Sequence record: DRR378314_2238
Length of the DNA stretch: 20,000 bases
Strand: one strand, 5' to 3'
This document shows, piece by piece, positions 1 through 8,094 of the stretch; position 1 is the first letter of the stretch; the number at the start of each line of letters is the position of its first letter. Below the pieces are notes generated by a model. That model saw nothing but the letters and a program-made list of their open reading frames with translations. It ran no database searches and was not told where the DNA came from. The translations under genes were made by a program, and so were the position numbers.

Positions 1-1
1 C

Positions 2-616
2 GGCTTGGGCACGTCAGAGAATATTGCGAATGCGGATTTCTACTTCAGCCAGATTGCTTATCTGATGGGGTATGTGGCGGGTTCGATGACAGAAACCGAT
101 ACAATCGGGATCATCGCTGCACAGAAGTTCAAATTCACTAATGACACCGTTGCCGGCTATGAAAGTGGCGCCAAGGCTGCCAATCCGGATGTCAATGTGC
201 TGGTTACCTGGACCGGCGATTGGGATGATGTAGCTAAAGGCAAAGAGGCCGCTTTGAACCAGATTTCACAGGGTGCTGATGTCGTCTGGCCAACTATGGA
301 CAGCGCCACCTTGGGCTCGATGCAGGCGGTGCAAGAGAAAGGTGTCTACGGCATCGGCATCTATCGTGACGCAATCAACGAGTGGCCGGAAATTCTGCAG
401 TCGGCCATCCTGGACGTCCGCGGCAACATGAAAAGCTATCTTGAGCTTGCCTCTGCTGGAACGCTTGAAGGCAACCTGTACCGTGGTGACATGTCAAACA
501 GCCAGGCAATGCGCATCGGAACTTTCCACCCCGACATTCCTGAAAGCGTAGTTGAGGAGGTAAACGCTCTGATCGCGCAGATGAATGCGGGCGAATTGGT
601 GATTGAACCAAGATAA
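2..616 (+). CDS. BMP family (PnrA/Med-like) ABC transporter substrate-binding protein, 5'-partial (starts upstream of window)
   Basis: Frame is open from the window edge. Typical BMP segments: AYLMGYVAGSMT-TDTIGII, GYESGAKAANPDV, WTGDWDDVAKGKEAA...QGADVV. Confidence 0.85.
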   Translation, partial: GLGTSENIANADFYFSQIAYLMGYVAGSMTETDTIGIIAAQKFKFTNDTVAGYESGAKAANPDVNVLVTWTGDWDDVAKGKEAALNQISQGADVVWPTMDSATLGSMQAVQEKGVYGIGIYRDAINEWPEILQSAILDVRGNMKSYLELASAGTLEGNLYRGDMSNSQAMRIGTFHPDIPESVVEEVNALIAQMNAGELVIEPR

Positions 617-641
617 CCAAGTCTACCCCCTCAAACAGGTG

Positions 642-669
642 ATGCCCCGGGATATTCCCGGGGCATTTT
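642..669 (+). terminator. Rho-independent terminator after the BMP gene
   Basis: Perfect 11-bp stem atgccccggga (642-652) / tcccggggcat (656-666), 3-nt loop, short T run, 25 nt after the stop codon. Confidence 0.75.
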
Positions 670-818
670 CGTGTTGCTGATCCGTAGGCAGGTGCCTTGG
701 GTTCACCATCTCGTGAAAGCCTGAGCTTGGTTTGGTCGTCGGATGAAGAAAGATCATGCTACGCCACGTGCAAAGGCCTCTATTTTTCAGAGACAAAGAA
801 ACAAACACGGGTAGCACG

Positions 819-1832
819 ATGAAAACTTCCATATACAAATCGCTTCTCACTTCGTCTCTGATCACTCTTGCCGGTATGGCGTATGCCGAGGGGGATGTGG
901 CGTTTTGGGATGACGCCTCCAAATCTGTCAGCGTCCCTGCCGAGGCGCTGTACCCCGAGGGGATCGAGCTGCATCCCAAGACAGGTGAGTTTCTGTTGGG
1001 GTCGATCCGCAAGGGAAAAGTCATCGCCTTGTCCGAGGATGGCAGCGTTCGGACCATCGTCGAGGATGAGCGGCTGCGCTCGGTCGTGGGTATTCGCGTC
1101 GACGAGGCGCGCAACCGTCTTCTGGTGAACAGTTCAGACTATGGCGTGGCCGAACGCAGCGAACCGTCAGACAAGTTCGCAACCATGGCTTTAGGGGTAT
1201 ATGATCTGGATACGGGTGAGCCGGTTCTGTTCGTGAACCTTGCCGGGTTGCGCCCAGATGAGGCGCATTTTGCAAATGATCTGGCGGTAGATGACGCAGG
1301 CAATGCGTATATTACCGACAGCCTAGCGGCTGCAATATACAAGGTTACCCCTGCAGGTCAGGCAAGCGTGTTTCTGACACATGAAGATTTCCGGGGATCA
1401 GGGTTCAATCTGAATGGTATTCAGGTTCATCCCGACGGATACTTGCTGGTAGCCAAGAAAAGCGACGGATCGCTGTTCAAAGTGCCATTGGACCGGCCTG
1501 CGGAATTCAGCCGGGTCGCAACCCCCAAGCCATTGGTCGGAACCGACGGGCTGCTTTTGGTTGATGCGGACACATTGGTTGTGATCACCAATCTTGCCTC
1601 TGGCGTTGAATCAAACACGGTGTTTTCGCTCTCAACTTCGGATGATTGGGGCAGCGCGAATATCGAAGGCCAATTCGAAACCGGCGATGTCTACCCCACA
1701 ACAGGCACCATCAAGGACGGTAAGGTCTTTGTGAATTACGGGCGATTGAACACCCTAGGCGCGACCTTGGAAAACAACGGAGCCCTTCTGGAAGGCTTTA
1801 CAATCCAAGAAGTCGGGCAGTTGAAGAAGTAA
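819..1832 (+). CDS. Secreted SMP-30/gluconolactonase/LRE family beta-propeller protein
   Basis: LYPEGI, FANDLAVDDAGNAYITDS, LNGI and DGL blade motifs. ATG at 819 opens a Sec-type signal peptide (MKTSIYKSLLTSSLITLAGMAYA), so it is preferred over 756. Confidence 0.8.
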   Translation: MKTSIYKSLLTSSLITLAGMAYAEGDVAFWDDASKSVSVPAEALYPEGIELHPKTGEFLLGSIRKGKVIALSEDGSVRTIVEDERLRSVVGIRVDEARNRLLVNSSDYGVAERSEPSDKFATMALGVYDLDTGEPVLFVNLAGLRPDEAHFANDLAVDDAGNAYITDSLAAAIYKVTPAGQASVFLTHEDFRGSGFNLNGIQVHPDGYLLVAKKSDGSLFKVPLDRPAEFSRVATPKPLVGTDGLLLVDADTLVVITNLASGVESNTVFSLSTSDDWGSANIEGQFETGDVYPTTGTIKDGKVFVNYGRLNTLGATLENNGALLEGFTIQEVGQLKK

Positions 1833-1843
1833 CTTCGGGCCCA

Positions 1844-1873
1844 GCCGCACCGGCCAGAATTGGCTGGTGCGGC
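1844..1873 (+). other. GC-rich intergenic hairpin without U-tract
   Basis: gccgcaccggcca (1844-1856) / tggctggtgcggc (1861-1873): 13-bp stem with one G-U pair, loop gaat. Confidence 0.55.
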
Positions 1874-1954
1874 GACCAACATTGATCGCGCAATCGTGAA
1901 GGTGATTGCCAATGGGTTTTAGGGTAGAAACTTGGAAATGAGGAGATTGAACAG

Positions 1955-2353
1955 ATGAACAGACGGATGTTCTGCACCGCGTCGCTTGCTGCGCTCGCTC
2001 TTGGGTTCGCAGGCAAAGTCAAAGCCGGTCAAGATGTGAAGTTCCACTTTTACGGTGCGGAAGATTGCCCACCTTGTATGGCGTTCAAGCGCAACCACCT
2101 GTCAGATGTGAAGGCAGAAGGGCAGGCGCTTGGCTTTGCCGTCGAAGACAATATCATCGCAAAAACCCGTGATGTTCCCAATCCGGGCGTCTATGGTGAC
2201 CGCGACCCAATTCTTCGCTTGGCAGCGCCGCAGCTCGAGCTGGTGTACCCGCCTATATTCTTCGTGTCCCAAGGTGGGGAAATCGTATCGGTTCATGCGC
2301 ATGATTGGCGTGCGGCACTTGAATCCGCTCGGCAATTGGTGGATTCAGCCTGA
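1955..2353 (+). CDS. Tat-exported thioredoxin-like protein (CPPC)
   Basis: Twin-arginine signal MNRRMFC plus hydrophobic stretch ending VKA. FYGAEDCPPC CxxC motif, downstream YPP (candidate cis-Pro loop), gaggag RBS upstream. Confidence 0.7.
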   Translation: MNRRMFCTASLAALALGFAGKVKAGQDVKFHFYGAEDCPPCMAFKRNHLSDVKAEGQALGFAVEDNIIAKTRDVPNPGVYGDRDPILRLAAPQLELVYPPIFFVSQGGEIVSVHAHDWRAALESARQLVDSA

Positions 2354-2454
2354 CGACAGGCGCGCCCTAGCTGTGTATGTAAGGGACCGGCGGGGGGTTT
2401 GAAACAAGGGTTTGGCAGCGACAGGTCAACTAAACCTATGAAAGATAGTTGAAT

Positions 2455-3360
2455 ATGACGAAGAGACGTTCAATCGTGACCGGTGCGTTAGTCGCAGATG
2501 CAGCCTCGCTGGGGCTGCATTGGCTTTATGACCAAGCGCGTATTCAAAAACTGGTCGGACAGACCCCTGAATTCTGTGCTACCACTGCAGCAGATTTCGA
2601 AGGTGTGCCGTCCTATTTTGCACACCCGCTGAAGCAGCCCGGCGACCTTAGCCAATATGGTGAACAATGCCTTGTCCTGTTACGTGCTTTGGCGTCCCAG
2701 CGGGGCGCATACGATCAAGAGGCTTACAATAATGCCTTCGTTTCGCATTACGGATATGGCGGCACCTATTGTGGCTATATCGATGGGGCCACGCGTGGCA
2801 CGCTGGACAACCTTGCCAATGGAAAATCGGATCAGGTGCTTGGCGCACAGGACACTCAATTGCCTGCAATTGCGAAACTTCCGCCCCTGATCGCAGCGGG
2901 GCAGGAGGCACATGCAGAAGAAGCAATTCGCACAACCAATCAGACTGATCTTGCTTTGTCCTACGGCCGTGTTGCCTGTGCGATGCTGATCGCCGCACGA
3001 GACAACGGGACTGTCGGCGATGTGGTCGAGGCTGCGTTTGAAGCGGCGGATAACAACACACGGCCAACGCTGGAATTGGCGCGCGCCTCTACTGATCGGG
3101 ACACTTGCAAATTCACTGAAGAAGTCGGGATGTCGTGTGAGTTGGAATATGGCTTGCCCAGTGTTCTTCATAACCTGTTGACAGCCAAGACGTATCAGGA
3201 GGCCATTCGAACGAATATCCTTGCGGGTGGTGATAATTGCGGTCGCGCTATTCTTCTAGGTGGGGTACTTGGTGCAACCCATGGCATTCCGGAAAGCTGG
3301 GTGTCGAAGGTCCATTCCATGGACGAGGTCGAGGACCTGTTTGAAAAACTGGGCCTCTGA
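2455..3360 (+). CDS. ADP-ribosylglycohydrolase family protein, atypical (SelJ/J1-crystallin-like)
   Basis: N-terminal GALVADAASLG, C-terminal NILAGGDNCGRAILLGGVLGA..GIPESW. The canonical TDD and DxDT metal motifs are replaced. Start is ATG 2455 (TTG 2449 is an alternative). Confidence 0.8.
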   Translation: MTKRRSIVTGALVADAASLGLHWLYDQARIQKLVGQTPEFCATTAADFEGVPSYFAHPLKQPGDLSQYGEQCLVLLRALASQRGAYDQEAYNNAFVSHYGYGGTYCGYIDGATRGTLDNLANGKSDQVLGAQDTQLPAIAKLPPLIAAGQEAHAEEAIRTTNQTDLALSYGRVACAMLIAARDNGTVGDVVEAAFEAADNNTRPTLELARASTDRDTCKFTEEVGMSCELEYGLPSVLHNLLTAKTYQEAIRTNILAGGDNCGRAILLGGVLGATHGIPESWVSKVHSMDEVEDLFEKLGL

Positions 3361-3419
3361 GATTGGATCGGGTAAAATTTGATGCGGCGGGTTCCTGTTT
3401 GGCAAATTGTTAGCCCATC

Positions 3420-3734
3420 ATGGGGGTCCGCGGCGTTAAGTGTGCCCGGAGAAGCGAGATCACTACGCTTGTGAACACTGCCAAAAAGCTGTTGCTACCG
3501 ATCGCAATTCTGCTGATGTTTTTGCTGTCGGTCAGCGCAGTTCCACCCTTCTACCTGGTAGAAGGGTTGGCAAACACGTTTGGCTACGAATTTTCATCAA
3601 AAGAACAATACGTTCAGAGTGTTATGATTGCGCGCGGCCTTTATACAGCCATCGGGCTTATGATCGTCATTTGGATAGGATGGTCGGTTGTTCGGATGGG
3701 GCATAAAAACTCCCGAAATTCCTCGGATATCTGA
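3420..3734 (+). CDS. Hypothetical small membrane protein (two hydrophobic segments)
   Basis: KKLLLPIAILLMFLLSVSAVPP and GLYTAIGLMIVIWIGWSVV segments. Start uncertain (GTG 3471 is plausible). Confidence 0.5.
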   Translation: MGVRGVKCARRSEITTLVNTAKKLLLPIAILLMFLLSVSAVPPFYLVEGLANTFGYEFSSKEQYVQSVMIARGLYTAIGLMIVIWIGWSVVRMGHKNSRNSSDI

Positions 3735-3858
3735 CAACGCCAAAGATCTGGGCTGAATCAGAGGATTCCGGGCGGCATATCCTTGCAGCTGGGGTTGCGG
3801 GACCAAAATCAATGAACACAGGTCTTTTCATTCTTCTGACAAGCCCCATAATGCCGAA

Positions 3859-4758
3859 ATGCGAACGTGGCGGATAAATAGTACGGCTTCGGGACTGCGG
3901 AAATGGCAGGATGGCTTGGCTTCTGCGTTCGTGCGTCTTGATGCCCAAGCCGTCGGAAACCACGATTTTGTCGGCAGGATCGAGCAAGCCCATCTTCCGA
4001 CCGGGCAAGTAAGCCGGGTTCGTGCCGCTCCTCATCGGGTGCTGCGGCGTTCGGAACACGTCGCGCGCAGGCGACGGGATCTGGTCTTTGCCAATCTCCA
4101 ACTGTCAGGACGTGGTTTGGTCGAGATGCCCCAAGGCCGCTACGAAACTGCACCGATGGATTTGTGCTTGGTTTCGACGTCTGAACCGTATTCGATCACC
4201 CATACTGCACCATTTGAATTGATCTCGATCGCAATTCCGCAAGATGCTCTCCCAGCAACACTTGATCCTGGTATTCTGCGCCTGTCTCAAAGCGCTGCTG
4301 GCCGCGAATTGGCAAATGTTCTTGCCGGGCTTGGCGCGTTGGCCTTGCAGCTACCTGCGGCCAACGATGCGTTGAATGCACAGATCCTCAGCACTTTGTC
4401 GCTTGTCACACAGGTTTCTGCGGAAGAAACCGACGACATCGCGCTGCTGGAGGCGATTCAAGCGCATATTGCACGATGTCATATGCAACCAGAGTTATCA
4501 GCGGCGCCGTTGGCCGCGTCGTTTGGGATAACCGAGCGTAAAATACACGCATTGTTTGAAGAAACAGGTCAGACGGTAGGTTCCCGTATCGAGGCTGCGC
4601 GCCTTGCAACGGCGCAGTCGCTGCTGGAAACTACCGACCTGCAAATCTCAGCCATTGCCGCGCGATCAGGTTTCCGCGACCCCAGCTATTTTGCACGCGT
4701 CTTTCGTCGAAAGCATGGGGTAAGCCCGGGCACTTGGCGCGCTGCACAATTGTCCTGA
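3859..4758 (+). CDS. AraC family transcriptional regulator (FeaR-like N-terminal ligand domain)
   Basis: C-terminal double HTH (LSAAPLAASFGITERKIHALF; ISAIAARSGFRDPSYFARVFRRKHGVSPGTWR). The N-terminus has the FeaR-type pattern W...AFV.L...F.GRI...HRVLR...ANLQLSG. Confidence 0.9.
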   Translation: MRTWRINSTASGLRKWQDGLASAFVRLDAQAVGNHDFVGRIEQAHLPTGQVSRVRAAPHRVLRRSEHVARRRRDLVFANLQLSGRGLVEMPQGRYETAPMDLCLVSTSEPYSITHTAPFELISIAIPQDALPATLDPGILRLSQSAAGRELANVLAGLGALALQLPAANDALNAQILSTLSLVTQVSAEETDDIALLEAIQAHIARCHMQPELSAAPLAASFGITERKIHALFEETGQTVGSRIEAARLATAQSLLETTDLQISAIAARSGFRDPSYFARVFRRKHGVSPGTWRAAQLS

Positions 4759-4782
4759 TCGCTCGCATCATTGTCCGCATCG
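4744..4782 (+). promoter_or_regulatory. Putative AraC-type tandem operator (21-bp period) upstream of the flavoenzyme-amidase operon
   Basis: gcacaattgtcctgatcg (4744-4761) and gcatcattgtccgcatcg (4765-4782), 14/18 identical, offset exactly 21 bp. aggagg RBS at 4815-4820. Confidence 0.5.
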
Positions 4783-4825
4783 TGTGTGCCAAACTTCTAC
4801 GCGTTAGCAGTTGTAGGAGGCACCA

Positions 4826-5827
4826 ATGCTGAAAACCCGTTTGACCGAACGCTATGGCGTTAGACATCCCTTCGCCCAAGCTGGCATGGCGTTTGCCGGT
4901 GAAAAGCCTGAGCTGGCTCAGGCTGTGGGGCAGGGCGGTGGAATAGGTGCGATCGGTGTCGGCTTCCTTCCACCTGATGAACTGCGCGAACATATCGCCA
5001 AGCTGCGCGACGCGGGCAAGCCGTTTAACATCAATTTTATCACGTGTTTCGGCAATGATGAGCAGGTCAAGGCAACTGCCGGTGAAAAGGTCCCGGTGGC
5101 CTCGTTCCACTGGGGGTTGCCACCGGATGATCAGGTCAAGATACTGAAGGATTCCGGCGCGGATATCTGGGTGCAGGTCGGCACAGTCGAAGACGGTGAA
5201 AAAGCTGTCGAGCTTGGCGCGGATCTTGTCGTGGCGCAAGGCTGGGAAGCAGGCGGCCACAATTACGGTGGAATGGGATCGATGGCGTTGGTGCCCGCAA
5301 TGGTCGACGCGATCGGTGATAAGGCTATGGTATTGGCTTCGGGCGGGATAACAGACGGGCGCGGCGTAGCAGCGTCGCTGGCACTGGGGGCGGACGGCGT
5401 GTGGGTCGGCACGCGTCTGGTCGCGACCAACGAGGCTTGGGTCCATCCCGAACATCATACCCGCCTTGTCGCCGCATGTGGTGCTGATACAACCCGATCG
5501 GGTGTGTTCGGCCCGGAAATGCCGGATTTTAACCCCATGCGTCTGATGCGTGTCCGACCAACTGAAGAATTCGAAGGCCGCCTGGAAGACGTGCCTAAGG
5601 ACCGCGCGAATGAACCGGTGATCGGCCAGACGCAGTTCCTGGGCCAACCGCATGAAAAGCGCCGTTTCGACGTGATCCTACCCACGCCGGATACCACAGG
5701 AGATTATGAGGAAATGGCCTGGCTGATGGGTCAAGGTGTGGGTTTGATCAAGGATATCCAGCCAGCCGCCGAGATTGTCGAGGAAATGATGGCCGACGCC
5801 GCACGCATACTTGGGGCAGCACAGTGA
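4826..5827 (+). CDS. Nitronate monooxygenase (2-nitropropane dioxygenase)/FabK-like FMN-dependent oxidoreductase
   Basis: N-terminal MLKTRLTE..G..HPFAQAGM, VAQGWEAGGH (conserved His), ASGGITDGRG and GADGVWVGTR FMN-phosphate motifs, C-terminal GQGVGLIKDI. Strong RBS. Confidence 0.9.
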   Translation: MLKTRLTERYGVRHPFAQAGMAFAGEKPELAQAVGQGGGIGAIGVGFLPPDELREHIAKLRDAGKPFNINFITCFGNDEQVKATAGEKVPVASFHWGLPPDDQVKILKDSGADIWVQVGTVEDGEKAVELGADLVVAQGWEAGGHNYGGMGSMALVPAMVDAIGDKAMVLASGGITDGRGVAASLALGADGVWVGTRLVATNEAWVHPEHHTRLVAACGADTTRSGVFGPEMPDFNPMRLMRVRPTEEFEGRLEDVPKDRANEPVIGQTQFLGQPHEKRRFDVILPTPDTTGDYEEMAWLMGQGVGLIKDIQPAAEIVEEMMADAARILGAAQ

Positions 5828-7029
5828 CGGCACTTATCCGCGAAACGAATATCAAAGGCGCCGATTCTGGCGCCTTGCTTGGCGAAACGCTGGCCGTCAA
5901 AGCCAATGTTGCAATCGCCGGTTTACCGTGGGACGGCGCATCTCCGGCGTTGTCGAAGGTTGTCAGCAATGGTCACGCATCAACTGTTGACCGCGCACTG
6001 GCTGCTGGTGCGACGATTATAGGGCAGGCCAATATGCACGAACTTGCGTTTGGCATCACATCTGACAATGCACATTTTGGAGCTGTCGCAGGCCCGCATG
6101 GTGCCATGGCAGGTGGTTCGTCTGGTGGAACCGCTGCGGCAGTGGCGGCCGGCTTGGCGACCATGGGCTTGGCTTCTGACACCGGCGGATCAGGTCGCCT
6201 TCCAGCCGCGTTCTGCGGATGTATTGGCTTTCGCCCGTCTGCCGGGCGCTATCCGGGTGATGGCGTACTGAACCTGTCGATTTCGTTGGATACGATCAGC
6301 GCGATGGCACCGGATATGGACAGGTTGACCCGGCTTGATTCAGCACTGGCCGATGACAAGCCCTCAGAGGCCAGGCCACTCGAAGGTCTTCGACTGGGCC
6401 GTGTTCAATCCGTGTTCTGGGACAATGTCGACAGCCGCGTTGCAGGGCCGGTTGAAGCGGCAATCGAGAGATTGTGTGCCGCAGGAGCGGTGATCGAAAC
6501 ACGCGATGCCCCCGATTTGCACCAGGCGATGGAGGCCATCTCACTTCGGATTGTCATCGCCGAAGCCAAGCGTTGGTGGACATCTTTTCTAGAGCGCGAA
6601 CTTCAACTGGACATCAGTGATTTCGCTGACCAAATCGCCAGCCCCGACGTTGCCGGAATCTTCCGCGAGATTGCCGCGGATGAGACCACCGATTCAGAAC
6701 TGCAGTCCATGCGTACGCAGGGTCGCGATAAGGTATGCGAAATTCTGGAAACCGCGATGGATGGGTTGGATGTGCTTGTCTACCCAACCGTTCCGATAGC
6801 TGCCCCCAAGCTGCATACCGAGGAAGTCCAGCTGAACGGCAAGAGCCACGCCCTGTTCCCACTTCTAACTGATCGCGCCCTTGCAGCATCACTGTCCGGA
6901 AGCCCTGCAATCAGCTTGCCGATATCGGGGTTTGATGATCGTCCCTTGGGGCTGGAGCTAATGGCCCGCCGAGACGATGACCGCAGATTGCTTGGTTGGG
7001 CCACTACCATCGAACAGCTACTCTCCTGA
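5824..7029 (+). CDS. Amidase-signature enzyme, indole-3-acetamide hydrolase (IaaH)-like
   Basis: Lys26-Ser99-Ser123 triad (AVKANV, GGSSGG, DTGGS). KAN, NMHELAFGITS, RYPGD and SPDVA segments match IaaH/Tms2-type amidases as I recall them. GTG start overlaps the upstream TGA (GTGA). Confidence 0.85.
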   Translation: MTALIRETNIKGADSGALLGETLAVKANVAIAGLPWDGASPALSKVVSNGHASTVDRALAAGATIIGQANMHELAFGITSDNAHFGAVAGPHGAMAGGSSGGTAAAVAAGLATMGLASDTGGSGRLPAAFCGCIGFRPSAGRYPGDGVLNLSISLDTISAMAPDMDRLTRLDSALADDKPSEARPLEGLRLGRVQSVFWDNVDSRVAGPVEAAIERLCAAGAVIETRDAPDLHQAMEAISLRIVIAEAKRWWTSFLERELQLDISDFADQIASPDVAGIFREIAADETTDSELQSMRTQGRDKVCEILETAMDGLDVLVYPTVPIAAPKLHTEEVQLNGKSHALFPLLTDRALAASLSGSPAISLPISGFDDRPLGLELMARRDDDRRLLGWATTIEQLLS

Positions 7030-7324
7030 TCTTCGTTTCAGCAGCCGGGTGGTCGTTACAATATCCCATTTTCCGACACGATTACCCACTGCTGGCGCAT
7101 TATGTTTAGATCGTCTTGAGTACAGCATTGCGATCCACGATCCGAGTGATGGATGCAACCTTTACGCGCCCATCCGGATGGTTGGTGCACATTGGGTGCG
7201 GATTGGTTGATTGGTCTGGAATTGCCGTACAAGTCGGTTCTGGTGCCGGGCATGAAAGCCACAACTTCGCTCAACCCGCGAAGAAGGCGATGGCGATAGG
7301 GCTATTCATATACAGCCTGGGCCG

Positions 7325-7954
7325 TCAGTTCGTCTGAGGGTAGCTGATGACCGAGATATAGCGTGCTGGCAACTTGACCAATCGTTCTGGTCCATGTGGG
7401 GCATCTGCGTCAAAAAACAGAGTATCGCCCGGTTTCAGCGGGTAAATTTGATCCCCATGTCGATAGTCAACCTCGCCTTCCAACATGTAAATCGTCTCGA
7501 TTCCGCCATGCTGGAAGGTTGGAAATACATCCGATTCTGCTGTTAGAGTGATCAAATAGGGCTCGACTATCACGCCCGATCCATTGGCTCCAATATGTCC
7601 CAGCAGGTTGTATTGGTGGTTGGCGCGGGTTCCTTCACGTTCCAGCTCTATGCCTTCACCAGCTTTTGTGTGCACGGCTTCCCGGCGTTCCTCGAACTGC
7701 CTAAAGAAGCTTGTCAATGGAACTGATAGGGCATCGGCTAGAGATTGCAGTGTTGTCAATGAAGGCGATGTATTGCCGTTTTCGATTTTCGACAGCATTC
7801 CGATCGACAGACCAGTTAACTGGGCAAGTTCAGCAACCGTGATGTTTTGCTGTTTGCGAAAGGCCCGAACTTCGCGCCCGATCGCAACTTCAAGCACTTT
7901 CTCACGTTCGCCTGCTCGAACGGAATGCGGATCCTGTGTCAGATTGGCCGCCAT
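7325..7954 (-). CDS. XRE family HTH + cupin transcriptional regulator
   Basis: ITVAELAQLTGLSIGMLSKIENGNTSPSLTTL HTH. Cupin motifs FQHGGIETIYMLEG and PGDTLFFDADAPHGP. ATG 7954 (MAANLTQDPH) preferred over 7999. Confidence 0.9.
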   Translation of the reverse strand: MAANLTQDPHSVRAGEREKVLEVAIGREVRAFRKQQNITVAELAQLTGLSIGMLSKIENGNTSPSLTTLQSLADALSVPLTSFFRQFEERREAVHTKAGEGIELEREGTRANHQYNLLGHIGANGSGVIVEPYLITLTAESDVFPTFQHGGIETIYMLEGEVDYRHGDQIYPLKPGDTLFFDADAPHGPERLVKLPARYISVISYPQTN

Positions 7955-8073
7955 ATCGGTGTCGCGTTTTTTCAATTCTGCACTTTCAGCGTATCGCACT
8001 ACATGGCGTGTTTAGTCCCGCAATCGTGCGCTGTGCATTACATATATCAATCCGGGCTACCATAGCGCCAATG

Positions 8074-8088
8074 TTTCCTGATAGTAAA
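8074..8088. promoter_or_regulatory. Candidate palindromic operator between the divergent regulators
   Basis: tttcct-gat-agtaaa, 5 of 6 positions pair. It sits directly upstream of ATG 8095. Confidence 0.3.
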
Positions 8089-8094
8089 ATAGTC

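Noticed and set aside
4631-5653. 340-aa minus-strand ORF
   Set aside because: It is the antisense shadow of the well-supported flavoenzyme gene and has no recognisable motifs. Such ORFs are common in GC-rich coding DNA.
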